The position numbers were made by a program, and so were the translations under genes. DNA of 58,372 nucleotides from IMG/VR virus record IMGVR_UViG_3300032327_000398, positions 1 to 58,372 of that record; one strand, given 5' to 3'. Numbering within the stretch: the first letter of the stretch is position 1; each line of letters starts with the position of its first letter. Of the stretch, positions 8,401 through 17,907 are shown piece after piece. The DNA comes from a virus (lineage: Duplodnaviria; Caudoviricetes). Under the pieces are notes generated by a model. That model saw only the letters and a list, made by a program, of their open reading frames with translations, was not told the origin of the DNA and ran no database searches.

Positions 8401-10886
8401 GCTTTGTTGCCTCGGAATACTTCGGTTGTTGCGCCATCCGCAGATTTATCTTCATAAGCTGTAACCGCAGAACCAGTCTCAATTTGTATATGCCAAAAAT
8501 AAAGATCAGTATTTCCATCTAATGCATACGACTGATTTAAACCATTATTTGAATTGTTAGAGCCTATCCCAATAGTGGATGTTACCGTTGTGTTAGCAAC
8601 AAAAGTCATGGTGCAGAGATACCAGCCGTTACCTATAGAGGTAATCGTACTTGTTGCTCCTGTACTTGCAACTGTGGATGGTGTTTGTAAGTCAAACGTA
8701 GACGTAAAATTGTTGTAATTACTAGAAGATAAAGAGCCATATCTTCTTGTTGAGTTTTTCATGTAAGCAGAAACGGTGTAGGTTATCCCAGCAGTAAGAG
8801 CCACACTCTGTACTCGGTTATGTCCATTCGAACCAATTTCTGTATATAGAAATGCAGTACTTGACCCGTCTGGGGCAGTTGTTGCTGTAGTGGCAGTTAC
8901 TGTAGAGTAACTACTATTCCATACCCCGTTTGTAAGTGCGTTACTGTACTTAAGCAAATTCTTCCACAATCTGTAAAACTTACCATCTGGCGTGAACTGT
9001 AAGTAATCACCAGAGTTAGTGTTTGTATTGACAACGGTTGATACTTGATAACCTGAAAGAGATAATGTATTTCCACTAGTTGTTCCGATTGAGAAATACA
9101 TTGTGGTTGCTGTAGCAGTAAAAACAATAGGAAGCCCAGTTGTTGCATAGTCAGTTCCGTTTGCTGCGGATGTACCAACTCGAAGATAACTAACCGTTCC
9201 AGTAAAAGTTCCAGTAATTTTATAAACTGATCCGATAGTCAGTCCAGATAAGGTGTCTACAGCCCAAGCAGGTGAACCACTAACCCAAGAAACAGTTAGA
9301 ACATTATTAGAAATCGAAAGTGAAGTTTGACCCCCATTATTTCCAATATTTGATACGCTTCTTCCTAGTGAAGTTACGGATGCGATAGCAAATCTAGCCT
9401 GAATCTCTGAAGCGTTTGCACCTAACCAAGTACCACTCAGCTTCTCGTTATACCAACTGGTCTGCTGACATTTCTCAGTCCAGGCACCACCATCAGAATC
9501 TTTGCTTGTGTCATACACAAACATTGAAGTAACTGCATTTGGTGAGCGATGCAGGGCTTGAGCTGCGATACCTGACAAGTCTTGTGTGAGCACACTAGCG
9601 GCACTTGCTGCAAACCCTTGTGCTGCACTCTGAGCAGCCTGTGCAGCCGTTACAGCATCAGCTTGAGCCTGTGTACTACCGTAGATCGCGAGGGCTTGTG
9701 CTGCTGATCCTGACGATGCTCCTGCGCTGGTGTTGGCGGCTGTTGCACTCGATGCGGATGATGTTGCGCTTGCAGATGCTGCGCTGGCTTGGGTTGTTGC
9801 AATGCCTGCTTGTGTGGTCGCTGTTGAAGCACTAGTCGAAGCACTGGCGGCGCTTGATGATGCACCTGAAGCACTTGTAGACGCTGATGAGGCTTGCGTC
9901 GTAGAAATAACGGCTTGTGCTGTCGCAATGCCAGCTTGCGCGGCTGCTGTGGATGCTAAGCTTGCGGCTGTCGTGGCCGAGCTTGCTGCGGCTGAAGCAG
10001 ATGAACTTGAGGCAGCTCGGTCAAGACCTGTTTGCACAAGATCCGCTGTAGTACCAGATTTATCGACACCTACCTGAGTACGATCTAACCCCGTCTGTAC
10101 GCGATCTAACCCTGTTTGCGCACGATTGGCTACTGTCGCCGTACGATCTGATCCGGTCTGAACTACATCCGCTGCTGTTGCGGCACGGTCAAGACCTGTT
10201 TGTATACTATCTGACCTAGTACCTGCTTTATCGGACGCCGTTTGAACCTTATCAAGACCTGTTTGAACGCGATCGGCGGCAGCAGATACGGCACTTGCAG
10301 CAGCCTCAGAAGCTTTTGTTGATGCAGTTGCGGCGCTTGCAGCAGAAGCTGTTGCGCTTGTTGACGCCTGAGACGCTCTTGTTGTGGCTGTTGATGCCGA
10401 TGTAGCAGAACTCGCTGCGGAAGAAGCCGATGCGCTTGCTGAGGCTGCGACGATAGATTGTGATGATGCTGCAGCATTGGCCGAGGCTTGGGCTTCAGCA
10501 GCCTTAGCAACAGCAATAGACCCAGCGGCTACTGCGGCATCGAGAATAAGCTGTCCGTCTGTCTTTCCGTCGTACGCAGGAAGCTCCGCAATCAGATGAA
10601 GCTCGGTAGAAGAAACATTAGGCACCACAGCATTAACAGTAAGACTTTTCCCCCCCGGTGGCACAATCTTAATCGTATACATCGACTCGGTGGAGCCGAG
10701 CTGGTTAGGCCACAACACAAGCGTGACTTGTCCAGAACTATTTGTTGTTCCCGTAATAGTCTGCGGAACGATGTACCCTAAATAAACTTCGTATTGGTTT
10801 AGCTTTGCTGTGATAACAGCATCCACTACGGGTTGTCCGCCATCATCATATACACTGCATAAGACATTACAGGTTGGGAGTGTCAT
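5454..10886 (-). CDS. Large tail fibre/spike protein (1810 aa)
   Basis: N-terminal anchor, long Ala/Ser/Thr and QTGLDR repeats, then beta-rich carbohydrate-binding/LamG-like segments. Confidence 0.8.
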   Translation of the reverse strand: MTLPTCNVLCSVYDDGGQPVVDAVITAKLNQYEVYLGYIVPQTITGTTNSSGQVTLVLWPNQLGSTESMYTIKIVPPGGKSLTVNAVVPNVSSTELHLIAELPAYDGKTDGQLILDAAVAAGSIAVAKAAEAQASANAAASSQSIVAASASASASSAASSATSASTATTRASQASTSATASAASAATASTKASEAAASAVSAAADRVQTGLDKVQTASDKAGTRSDSIQTGLDRAATAADVVQTGSDRTATVANRAQTGLDRVQTGLDRTQVGVDKSGTTADLVQTGLDRAASSSSASAAASSATTAASLASTAAAQAGIATAQAVISTTQASSASTSASGASSSAASASTSASTATTQAGIATTQASAASASATSSASSATAANTSAGASSGSAAQALAIYGSTQAQADAVTAAQAAQSAAQGFAASAASVLTQDLSGIAAQALHRSPNAVTSMFVYDTSKDSDGGAWTEKCQQTSWYNEKLSGTWLGANASEIQARFAIASVTSLGRSVSNIGNNGGQTSLSISNNVLTVSWVSGSPAWAVDTLSGLTIGSVYKITGTFTGTVSYLRVGTSAANGTDYATTGLPIVFTATATTMYFSIGTTSGNTLSLSGYQVSTVVNTNTNSGDYLQFTPDGKFYRLWKNLLKYSNALTNGVWNSSYSTVTATTATTAPDGSSTAFLYTEIGSNGHNRVQSVALTAGITYTVSAYMKNSTRRYGSLSSSNYNNFTSTFDLQTPSTVASTGATSTITSIGNGWYLCTMTFVANTTVTSTIGIGSNNSNNGLNQSYALDGNTDLYFWHIQIETGSAVTAYEDKSADGATTEVFRGNKAKFPKLCAIVAEGANVTIYDLTEAGRPMWMRAAVASNNNWWNGSGSISALSAINAQVFISSNGNGGHIFEFTSDSMKFAYASNAGRPNGGISTRHNALNWIYPTNYIGIASNTIYAVAMTVLPDAPLDPVTGLPVPTIAVATVSGVSVIKHDGSLVTKAYVSATCYFVSFDGYNLLVSGVGPDTFNGAWIWNLLDDSVQNYGALALVKLNNNIGGAKTISEGKSSAAIQGSGVNLLRPNKSNTNKAILARIYPTYNTGHLLGDIRRAYLADSVVESITGPELVVNGTFNTDASGWTSSTANVSAVRNSSGQLEVTNNGAGYVYQAITVTPNVPQVFYGNFVVKNGGGRVLLGNSISNAAYVTFSGAGTGAVVFTPTQSTIYLSLGDSGNGTGVVNTYDDLSIKIKVLDRSYKAASANIYGTLTKALTNTANQVVAYSGFSTANYLQEPYSADLDFGTGEFSVSTWLNMPTSALSANYPVYGSDLLAGAGAFTSSTGWTGLDAECTVSGGSLTKIGTVTHYVTYPLPALTLGDVVLVKFDVTVINGNIPVRIGHAPQWNSSVNNITSTGTHYRIFTAFNINFGNVVGFDFGGGVTGTIQNLTVFKVKPSTIVSRKYSSGAYFEVVTLGPDYIQANAFDGTTTRTVTYPAFTGTNTNPVITKDTWQKIRAVYRPDGSLAISVNGIVVATTYGNPLLTLNNANAVLTIGNSYALDAPFPGSLAMLKLSATAPTQEQSTFMYEQEKQMFRDGANCLLPDANTIVDLAYDEVTDKWISVSATNEASWTGLVRTAVTAVPAGSYSKVQAGGGVKLNARSTTSPGVDVTIPAYGLREELVKRGEAAARLSRLQQVFDYIGGFTCTTVTGNTAVTAVAGSGYPAQTTIKNAVITGVGIPASTYIVDLVGTTAYLSAKATGSGSAALISFTDFVLPVGYETVQVSAAGVVKTEGSTKDYTRLFDGFRETIRFGTAPGYNVAVQIRAVRSAT

Positions 10887-10888
10887 GC

Positions 10889-11533
10889 TCAGGCGATCCG
10901 CTGAAATTCGATTTGCCCTGATGCTCGTGTCAATCCACGGTTAACACGTACGCGCGCTTCACTTATCGCAGTACGGAATCGTTTATCAAACTCAAGCGCA
11001 GAAGCTTTATCGAAATATGGTTGTTTAGGGGTGTTGTAGAGCCTTGCGCGTGCACCGTAAGCAATGGCTTCAAGGTACTCTTCAAAAATCGTGCGGCTAA
11101 TGGACGTAGAAGTTCGTGTCGGTGCGTAGGCTGCGCGTATACGTAGAATCTCGCCCGCTTTAGCTGGCTTGGGGACAATGATTAACTCAGTAGAAATCAT
11201 GCGCGTGATGTAGGAGGGTGTACCCTCAAGCGAGCGCCAGTCGCAGCCGCGAAAGATACGCGTCAGATCCTCTACGCTTTTAGGAATAACTAAACGATCA
11301 TTAACCCATGCTTCAATGATGTCGACAAACTTAACGCTTGCGCTCAAATCAACTTCGTAGCTTGCCGTTCCTGCTGAGAGAGTTATTGGATCGCTGTCAT
11401 CTTGCCAAAAACGTGTGCGCTCACAAAATTCAATACATGCACTGCGAATGGCGTTTTCGGCCACCAGTTCGGGCACGTCGGGGACGTACTGCATTACCTC
11501 TGGTAAAAACAAACTGTAGGCGACTGAACTCAT
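10889..11533 (-). CDS. Head-tail adaptor/tail tubular protein A-like
   Basis: AIRSACIEFCERTRFW motif; position after the capsid genes. Confidence 0.6.
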   Translation of the reverse strand: MSSVAYSLFLPEVMQYVPDVPELVAENAIRSACIEFCERTRFWQDDSDPITLSAGTASYEVDLSASVKFVDIIEAWVNDRLVIPKSVEDLTRIFRGCDWRSLEGTPSYITRMISTELIIVPKPAKAGEILRIRAAYAPTRTSTSISRTIFEEYLEAIAYGARARLYNTPKQPYFDKASALEFDKRFRTAISEARVRVNRGLTRASGQIEFQRIA

Positions 11534-12216
11534 GATTGTGCTCCCGGTGCGGTGGCACCTCGTACGCCTGTTAGCGATAGGTTAGGAGAATTCGTAGTCT
11601 CTGCGCTTGTTTTTGCACCGAGTGCTGCAGTCAATGTTGCCCAATAGCCCTGCGCAAGCTGAAGTCCGGGTGCGTACTCTGCGTCCTTGCTGTAAGCGCG
11701 ATATAGGATGTAGTCAAGAATGACGGTCTGAAAAATATCGTTGAGTCCGATCGGCTGTGTCTCAGACGTCAGATCAGCAGGAACTTTTGAGTAGTTAATC
11801 TGTACATACCCATTGCCGTTGCTCGGTGGGTAGACCCAGAACGCAGTCTGGTCTTGCTCGTCAAACAGATAATTTTTAACTATTGTTGCGGCGGAGTCCG
11901 CGTGCCAATCAGGATTAAATCCATCCATCAGCTCTTTTGAAATGATACGTACCGCACGCCCGGGCGTAGCACCTGCCGTACCCATATTGCGGTACACATC
12001 GAGCAAGAGCCACCCATCAGAGGGAATAGTCTGACGTGTCCCCGCAACCATCTTTACCGTTGTGGTTGTGTTCGAAGAGCTCGGCAGCATCAATACAATC
12101 TGCCGCTGCGCGTCATTAAGATACCCAAGTAACTCTACTCTAAGCCATTTAATATTATTTTGGTCGCCTAGAAGCTTAGCTACTTTATTAATAATGGTGG
12201 AGGCTAATACGGTCAT
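11530..12216 (-). CDS. Head-tail adaptor-like protein (paralogue 2)
   Basis: W...ELL.YLNDAQR, GTRQTIP.DG..LL and LDYILYRAYSKDAEYA motifs. Confidence 0.6.
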   Translation of the reverse strand: MTVLASTIINKVAKLLGDQNNIKWLRVELLGYLNDAQRQIVLMLPSSSNTTTTVKMVAGTRQTIPSDGWLLLDVYRNMGTAGATPGRAVRIISKELMDGFNPDWHADSAATIVKNYLFDEQDQTAFWVYPPSNGNGYVQINYSKVPADLTSETQPIGLNDIFQTVILDYILYRAYSKDAEYAPGLQLAQGYWATLTAALGAKTSAETTNSPNLSLTGVRGATAPGAQS

Positions 12217-12845
12217 TGTGCGGCCTCCCTATTTATAACGCCAATCATTGCGTTAAATGTTGCCAAATAACCTTGGGCGAGTTGAAGCCCCGGTGCGTAC
12301 TCTGAATCTTTTGAGCAAGCTTTGTACAGGACATAGTCAAGAAGCACTGGTGCGTATATATCTAACACAGTAATTACTGTTGACTCTGTTGTTAGTTCAA
12401 TAGGGATTCGGGAATAAACTACCTCAATCTGGTTTCCTGAAGAATCTGCAGGGGGGTAAATCCAAAAAGTACTTTTAAGTACTGGTGTATATGCATACGC
12501 TACAGCAGTTCCTGTAGCTGTATCACTAGCCCAAGTTGGGTTATTTTTTGTTAGTTCTTCTTCAGCAACTAATTGCAATACACGGCCAGAGGTTGCGCCT
12601 GATAGACCCATATTACGATTGGCTCTTAACAGCACCCAGCCATCGGCAGGAATACTTTGTCTAATACCAGCTACAGTTGTAACCATACCAACAGCCGCTG
12701 TTGTGTCAGGGCAAGCTATTGACAGCACCCTTTGCGCATCACTTAGCCATTTCAATAGCTCGGCACGCGTCCACCGCACGGACGTTAGGTCGTTAAGCTG
12801 AACAACAGCTCTGTCGAGTACGTGCTGCGCGGTGAGTGTGCCCAT
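12213..12845 (-). CDS. Head-tail adaptor-like protein (paralogue 1)
   Basis: Collinear similarity to 11530..12216 (WTRAELLKWLSDAQR, SKDSEYAPGLQLAQGY). Confidence 0.6.
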   Translation of the reverse strand: MGTLTAQHVLDRAVVQLNDLTSVRWTRAELLKWLSDAQRVLSIACPDTTAAVGMVTTVAGIRQSIPADGWVLLRANRNMGLSGATSGRVLQLVAEEELTKNNPTWASDTATGTAVAYAYTPVLKSTFWIYPPADSSGNQIEVVYSRIPIELTTESTVITVLDIYAPVLLDYVLYKACSKDSEYAPGLQLAQGYLATFNAMIGVINREAAQ

Positions 12846-12847
12846 TA

Positions 12848-13090
12848 TTACGCTGTTACCGCAAGCGCAGCCACAATCGCATCATCTTGCGTCGAGGAGA
12901 GCCCACTCACGGCCAAGTTAACAATTGTCTGGGTGCCTGCATTGACTGCAACGATGGCATCCGCTTGTACGTTAGAGAAACCCTGCGCGACTAATTGCGC
13001 AGCCGTTGCGGTGCCCGCGTCCACTGCAATAACCATCTGAGCTTGGCTCAGCGATAACCCTTGCGATACGAGATCGTCGATAATAGCCAT
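12848..13090 (-). CDS. Small virion protein with three internal repeats (possible decoration protein)
   Basis: LVSQGLS / LVAQGFS / LAVSGLS repeats; GGAGG SD before ATG 13090. Confidence 0.5.
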   Translation of the reverse strand: MAIIDDLVSQGLSLSQAQMVIAVDAGTATAAQLVAQGFSNVQADAIVAVNAGTQTIVNLAVSGLSSTQDDAIVAALAVTA

Positions 13091-13144
13091 GCCTACCTCC
13101 AAAGCATTCGTGAGCGGAGAGTATCCCCGCCCACTTACTTACAA

Positions 13145-14149
13145 TTAGCCCGCGACTTGTAACAGTGCGAGTGAATCAGCCTGAGCGACCTTGTAGCCAT
13201 ACACGTTCAAGCCGCGAACCAGTTGACCGAAATCATTTGGGTTCTGGAGTGACTCGACCTTAGCGATCTGGGACGCGAACGTGATACCAGACTTGTGACC
13301 TGCCATGATGGCGTGGCGCTTCAGAGCACTGGTCAAGTTAGCACCGGCGTAGTCTTTGCCTGCAGCGGCTCGTGGAACCAGGTTGGAGACAAACACGGTG
13401 AAGCGGTCAATCATGCCGATACGACCGTTACGCAGAACGCTCTGGCCATCACCCATGAACTGGGCTTGAGCCAAGTTTGATTGCATCAAAATCTGACGCT
13501 CGGTTGGGGTGATAATGAGCCAGCGGTCTGTCTCAGGCACGTTGGCTTCATCCAAAACGCTAGAAAGCGCAGTGATGTTTGACAAGATGTTGGCAGCGGT
13601 CAGTGTGACAGGAGCCAGATCGGTGCCGATGTTATAGCCTGCAGAAATCTTACCGGCTGTTGCACCTTTATTAGATGCTGCGCACTGATCGAACGTACCC
13701 AACAGAACGTCGGTGTCGATCTTGATTTTCATCTGCATCGAGGCGTCGTTTGTAAACATGTCCATTAACTTAGGCTTGGCCTGCAGCTCGAGCACGTTGT
13801 TCACGTTCACGCCGAAGTATTTACCCTTGTTGATGACAAGCGAGATGGTGCTCGGTGCGGGGATTTCGTAGGCCAAGTTCTGACCGATCTGGTAGTCGTT
13901 GATCGTCACAGTCGGGATCGTGTTGATGATGACCGTGTCGCCCATACCAGAGATGTCTCCCTGCCAGTCGGTGTTAGCGATTTCGCCAAACACGGTGGCT
14001 GCGTAAAATTTCTGTGCCAGCTTGCCTGACCAGAGTGCGGGAATGAATGAGCCTGAGTAGGCGGTACCTGAGTAGGCGGTTGCGCCAGCGGGGCTGTTAA
14101 AGCCGCCGGAGTTAATGGGGTATGTTGCTGCTGCGGTGATGGTAGTCAT
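13145..14149 (-). CDS. Major capsid protein
   Basis: FIPALWSGKL, GDTVII, LDEANVPETDRW and RGLNVYG motifs of P22/N4-like coat proteins; follows the scaffold gene. Confidence 0.88.
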   Translation of the reverse strand: MTTITAAATYPINSGGFNSPAGATAYSGTAYSGSFIPALWSGKLAQKFYAATVFGEIANTDWQGDISGMGDTVIINTIPTVTINDYQIGQNLAYEIPAPSTISLVINKGKYFGVNVNNVLELQAKPKLMDMFTNDASMQMKIKIDTDVLLGTFDQCAASNKGATAGKISAGYNIGTDLAPVTLTAANILSNITALSSVLDEANVPETDRWLIITPTERQILMQSNLAQAQFMGDGQSVLRNGRIGMIDRFTVFVSNLVPRAAAGKDYAGANLTSALKRHAIMAGHKSGITFASQIAKVESLQNPNDFGQLVRGLNVYGYKVAQADSLALLQVAG

Positions 14150-14199
14150 GGAACTTCCTTTTTGGGATAACTAGGAAATGCCACCATCACCTTGGGGTA

Positions 14200-15135
14200 T
14201 TAACGTCTAATACGTCCCTCAGCAATAGCAGCGTGAATGTCGTTCTCAATACGAACCGCGTCGTCGTTGTTAAACATCCCGCGCCTCCACTCGCTATAGA
14301 ATTCCGCAATCTCGTTTTCAGAATAGACTTTGGAGTTCTGTGTATCGGTTGGTGGTGCGGATGAACGCGACCTGCCCGGTGCAATCTGACGTTGAAGTTC
14401 TTGGTTGTTACTCGCGGGCGTCGGAGTCGGCGCTGCACTGTTGCTGTAGGTATTGAAAATGGCCGCTACGCGACTATCATCGAACGCTTCATACGCAGTG
14501 TTCAGTGCGAGCTGGCGTGGTATTCCGTACACGGGGTCTACTTCTTGGAGCCAGTTGATAAAACCCTGATTTGTGTTCAAGGTCTGCCACGCTGGTGCCT
14601 TCGCAGTAAGACGGTTCAAGAAGCTCTCCTTATCGGATACCACTTGCCGTTCGGATACGTTGCCGAGCTGACTCGTAAGCTCATCAATCTTGCTAACTAA
14701 TTGCGCTTCGCGGGCTCGTAGTGTTTCCACTTTGACCTCTGTTGCACGCTCAATCAGGTTGATTAAATCGGGCCCAAAAGCTTCTCTGTCTTCATCGGTG
14801 ATGCTTGCCTTTTCCCGCTGTTCGATGCGTTCGGTCTTCACTGTTTCAAGCTCATTGGCCAGAACCTGTACTTGCGTATTCAGCTCTTTAGTCTGTGCGT
14901 GTAACCGTGGGACATCTGCGTCGTACATGCCTTTCAGAGTCCGGTAGCGTTGCTCCCATGGCTCCTCAATTTGCGGCTGTATCGGCACTGGATCTACTTG
15001 CTTTGGCTCTACAGGTTCGGCTGTTAGCTCAGTGTTCGTTAGAATTTCACCGTCCTGTGGTGGCGTTCCATTGATCTGCGCGACCATACGATCTGCGTCT
15101 TCCAGCTGTTGCTGGACTGCTTTTGGCAATTGCAT
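14200..15135 (-). CDS. Capsid scaffolding protein
   Basis: Acidic coiled coil, WEQRYRTLKGMY, C-terminal AIAEGRIR; start MQLPKAV preceded by GGAG. Confidence 0.75.
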   Translation of the reverse strand: MQLPKAVQQQLEDADRMVAQINGTPPQDGEILTNTELTAEPVEPKQVDPVPIQPQIEEPWEQRYRTLKGMYDADVPRLHAQTKELNTQVQVLANELETVKTERIEQREKASITDEDREAFGPDLINLIERATEVKVETLRAREAQLVSKIDELTSQLGNVSERQVVSDKESFLNRLTAKAPAWQTLNTNQGFINWLQEVDPVYGIPRQLALNTAYEAFDDSRVAAIFNTYSNSAAPTPTPASNNQELQRQIAPGRSRSSAPPTDTQNSKVYSENEIAEFYSEWRRGMFNNDDAVRIENDIHAAIAEGRIRR

Positions 15136-15211
15136 TTCCACATCTCCGTTAGCTCCGATCACGTCAACGCACTTCGCCATACGGCTGGTACATCACGCTT
15201 ACGGTCTGCTG

Positions 15212-15442
15212 CTATTTCTTCAGTTTGGCGAGTAATGCTTCCGCATTTTCGATATACCCAAGGAGTTCCTTGAGAATCACGGCTTCGCCTTGTAGCCGGT
15301 AAAGTTGTTGCTCAGAGTTAGATGTTACGAGCTGCTCTAATGCGTCTTGCCTCTGGGCCTTTAAGAATTCCACTAGGGGAATAAACTCTGGTGCTCTCAG
15401 GTGGGCAAACGCACGCGCTGCGCGTTCATCAACTCGTACCAT
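15212..15442 (-). CDS. Hypothetical head-module protein
   Basis: 76 aa, LYRLQG motif typical of small genes after the portal. Confidence 0.6.
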   Translation of the reverse strand: MVRVDERAARAFAHLRAPEFIPLVEFLKAQRQDALEQLVTSNSEQQLYRLQGEAVILKELLGYIENAEALLAKLKK

Positions 15443-15634
15443 TTACTTGCTGCCAAAACTGCGTGGGGCAACCTGTACATCCATTTCTTTGCCGCCGCGC
15501 TTAAGGGACGAAAAGATTGACGCGTCGCCGCCACCAATACCTGTCGAGCCACCTTTGCACATGCCGTCGGTCTTCGCGCTTTCTTGGGCAATTTCTTTGC
15601 CACCGCGTTTACCTAAACTCATCAGATCAGCCAT
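15443..15634 (-). CDS. Hypothetical protein with internal repeat
   Basis: GGAGG SD; (SL)KRGGKE occurs twice. Confidence 0.55.
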   Translation of the reverse strand: MADLMSLGKRGGKEIAQESAKTDGMCKGGSTGIGGGDASIFSSLKRGGKEMDVQVAPRSFGSK

Positions 15635-15687
15635 TTTGGCCTCCGTTCATATTAAATTACAAGGGCACTAGCTAACTGTATAAGTGA

Positions 15688-15716
15688 AATGTACACCCTC
15701 AGAAGCTAACAAGCAA
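15688..15716 (-). promoter_or_regulatory. Sigma70-like promoter for the scaffold/capsid genes
   Basis: Minus strand TTGCTT-17 bp-TACATT, with TGTTAG overlapping. Confidence 0.45.
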
Positions 15717-15719
15717 ATA

Positions 15720-17861
15720 TTATTGTTTAGTCTGCATCAAATTAGTCACAGGCTGACCTCCCGCGAGTGTTTGACCCGGGCCTTGTGGGGCGGGTGGAGT
15801 GCCACCTGCTTGAGGGTTGCCGTTCTTCTGGGCTAACTCCATCTGCTGTTGAGCGGCAGCTTGCTGCGCAGCCTGCGCAATGTTTCGCTTAACGACCTCA
15901 TCTGTCGGTACCACATCATCTTGGTTCATCTCCAGTGTTTTAGCCGCTTCGCGTAGGAGCGTGGCAATCCCTTCAGGGCCGATTACTTGTTGGGCGACAG
16001 GGCTATTTAGCGTCATCTGCAGGAATTCATTACGGCGTTGCTGCGCGGCTTCTTTTTCAAGCAGACCCGAGGTACCCTTAGCAATGACATTCACATCGCC
16101 TTTCAAATCCACATCATTGCCGTAGCGCATGTTGTAGTAAAACAACCGGCTTACTGCGGGTTCAATGACTCGCTCGTCAATGTTAGCGATGACCTGTTTG
16201 ATGTTCTTGGCAGCGTTCCCCATCATCTGCGCCATACCGGAAGCCGTGCGCCCTGCACCCCCGGGGGCTGAGCCGCCCATCATGTAGCGCGGGATACCCG
16301 TGTACTCGTCTGCGAGTGTGGAGAATCTTTCGTAGATCGCCATGAGCTCTTGCGCCATTGAGTTTGGCTGAAAGAACTGGATCGGGGGCTGGTTGCCTGA
16401 CATTGGGTCAGAGATTACCTGCCAGACCTTCCATGGGTAGAGCTGCGTGATGTTCTCGCCCTGTGGCAGTCGGTCGATGTTATAGACCACCTGTGGGCCA
16501 GATGCCAAGGACATGTTGTTGACGAGCGCGCGCGCTGCAGCATTACACACACTCTGCGTATCTCGTGCCAGATCAGCGACAGAATTACCCCAAAATACGC
16601 CGGGGATCTCTTCATACGAGGCTTTGTAGTACGGTTTACGGGCTAACGGATCAGGGTTAATCACGGCCTTAACCAGCCAGTTACCGATTAGCCACGCCTC
16701 GATGGGGTACTCTTCCAACGGATCGGGGATTTCTTCTTCCGACAGACCCCAATCAATCAGCAATTTACCCTGTACCGAGCCCCAAAACTGGAGCGCATCA
16801 ATTAACTCAGACGGGTTTGTCGATACACCCGTTGCAGATTTACCTTCCGCTGTAAGCTTACCCGTGTCGATATAGATCCACTCGCGCAGACCCCCGCGAC
16901 CATACTCGTCCAGTACCTGCCGAATCGCCGCATCGCTATAGCCATCCACCCCGATCATGGCGTGCAGATCACCACGAGACAACTGATGGCGCTCAATAAA
17001 GAACCCGTCATCAATCTCACTCGCATCCGGCGCGGGGTAGGCCATAAATGGGTCGACGCGCTCCCACTCCAGCTGCAAGACGTCCTGCACGTCGAGCACG
17101 AAGTTACCCTGATTCACTGGGTCGGGTACCCACTTCAGTGTCGATCGGTTACGTACCACAGGCCCTTTAAGGATCGCTGCGGGAAAGGTTGTCATGTCAT
17201 CAATGAACTGCGTAAACGCACGCACCCAACCGCCTGAAAGCATCTGGGAGTTCATCTTAAGCTCCATACGTGCCGCAGACTTCTCGGCAATCGTTGTGAG
17301 CTGGCGCATCGCCTCGTCTTTAAGCTCCAGGAGTAACTGCTTAACATCTTCCTGACTTGGGTTAATCCCTTGCTGCAACACGGCCTCGATCTCAGCCTGC
17401 GCTTTCTGCATCAAGTTCGCCAACACCGTGGGCGGCATATCAGGTACTGGGTTTGGGCTCAGTGTCCATGGTTTATCGTCTGAGCCTGAGAGCAACACAT
17501 CTCGTAACCAGCTCGACGCAGCGCGACACTTGTTCGAGGTCAGGAACATGTAAATCTGCGTGCCGCCTTGCTCTGCGATCTGCGACAGCATATCGGGGTC
17601 GTACTCACCACGGCGCGCGCGCACCGAGCGCAACATGCGCGTCTCAACAGTCGTCTGCTTGGCCATTCGGGCAAGCGTCCATTTGGAGCGAATATAGGAA
17701 GCCAGACCTTGAACGACTGGTGCATTGTTAGCTTCTGTCGCGGCTCGCTTGGCGTCCTCGTTCATTTGCTTGTTAGATTTAATATTAACAATGCCGCCAA
17801 AGGACGTGTTGCCCGGAGCCGTGGCACCTGTGATGTTAATGCCTTGCTGTGGATTATCCAT
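15720..17861 (-). CDS. Portal protein
   Basis: 713 aa following the terminase; FWGNSV.D..RD.Q..CN and ADEYTGIP motifs; Gln/Pro-rich tail. Confidence 0.85.
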   Translation of the reverse strand: MDNPQQGINITGATAPGNTSFGGIVNIKSNKQMNEDAKRAATEANNAPVVQGLASYIRSKWTLARMAKQTTVETRMLRSVRARRGEYDPDMLSQIAEQGGTQIYMFLTSNKCRAASSWLRDVLLSGSDDKPWTLSPNPVPDMPPTVLANLMQKAQAEIEAVLQQGINPSQEDVKQLLLELKDEAMRQLTTIAEKSAARMELKMNSQMLSGGWVRAFTQFIDDMTTFPAAILKGPVVRNRSTLKWVPDPVNQGNFVLDVQDVLQLEWERVDPFMAYPAPDASEIDDGFFIERHQLSRGDLHAMIGVDGYSDAAIRQVLDEYGRGGLREWIYIDTGKLTAEGKSATGVSTNPSELIDALQFWGSVQGKLLIDWGLSEEEIPDPLEEYPIEAWLIGNWLVKAVINPDPLARKPYYKASYEEIPGVFWGNSVADLARDTQSVCNAAARALVNNMSLASGPQVVYNIDRLPQGENITQLYPWKVWQVISDPMSGNQPPIQFFQPNSMAQELMAIYERFSTLADEYTGIPRYMMGGSAPGGAGRTASGMAQMMGNAAKNIKQVIANIDERVIEPAVSRLFYYNMRYGNDVDLKGDVNVIAKGTSGLLEKEAAQQRRNEFLQMTLNSPVAQQVIGPEGIATLLREAAKTLEMNQDDVVPTDEVVKRNIAQAAQQAAAQQQMELAQKNGNPQAGGTPPAPQGPGQTLAGGQPVTNLMQTKQ

Positions 17862-17907
17862 GGTCTCTAGCTAACCTGTCGAAAGTGTGTTAGTAAGTCA
17901 GTGTACA

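Noticed and set aside
9600-10600. Multiple alternative-frame and antisense ORFs and DNA repeats in the fibre stalk
   Set aside because: By-products of repetitive Ala/Ser/Thr and QTGLDR coding; no SD support; not CRISPR-like
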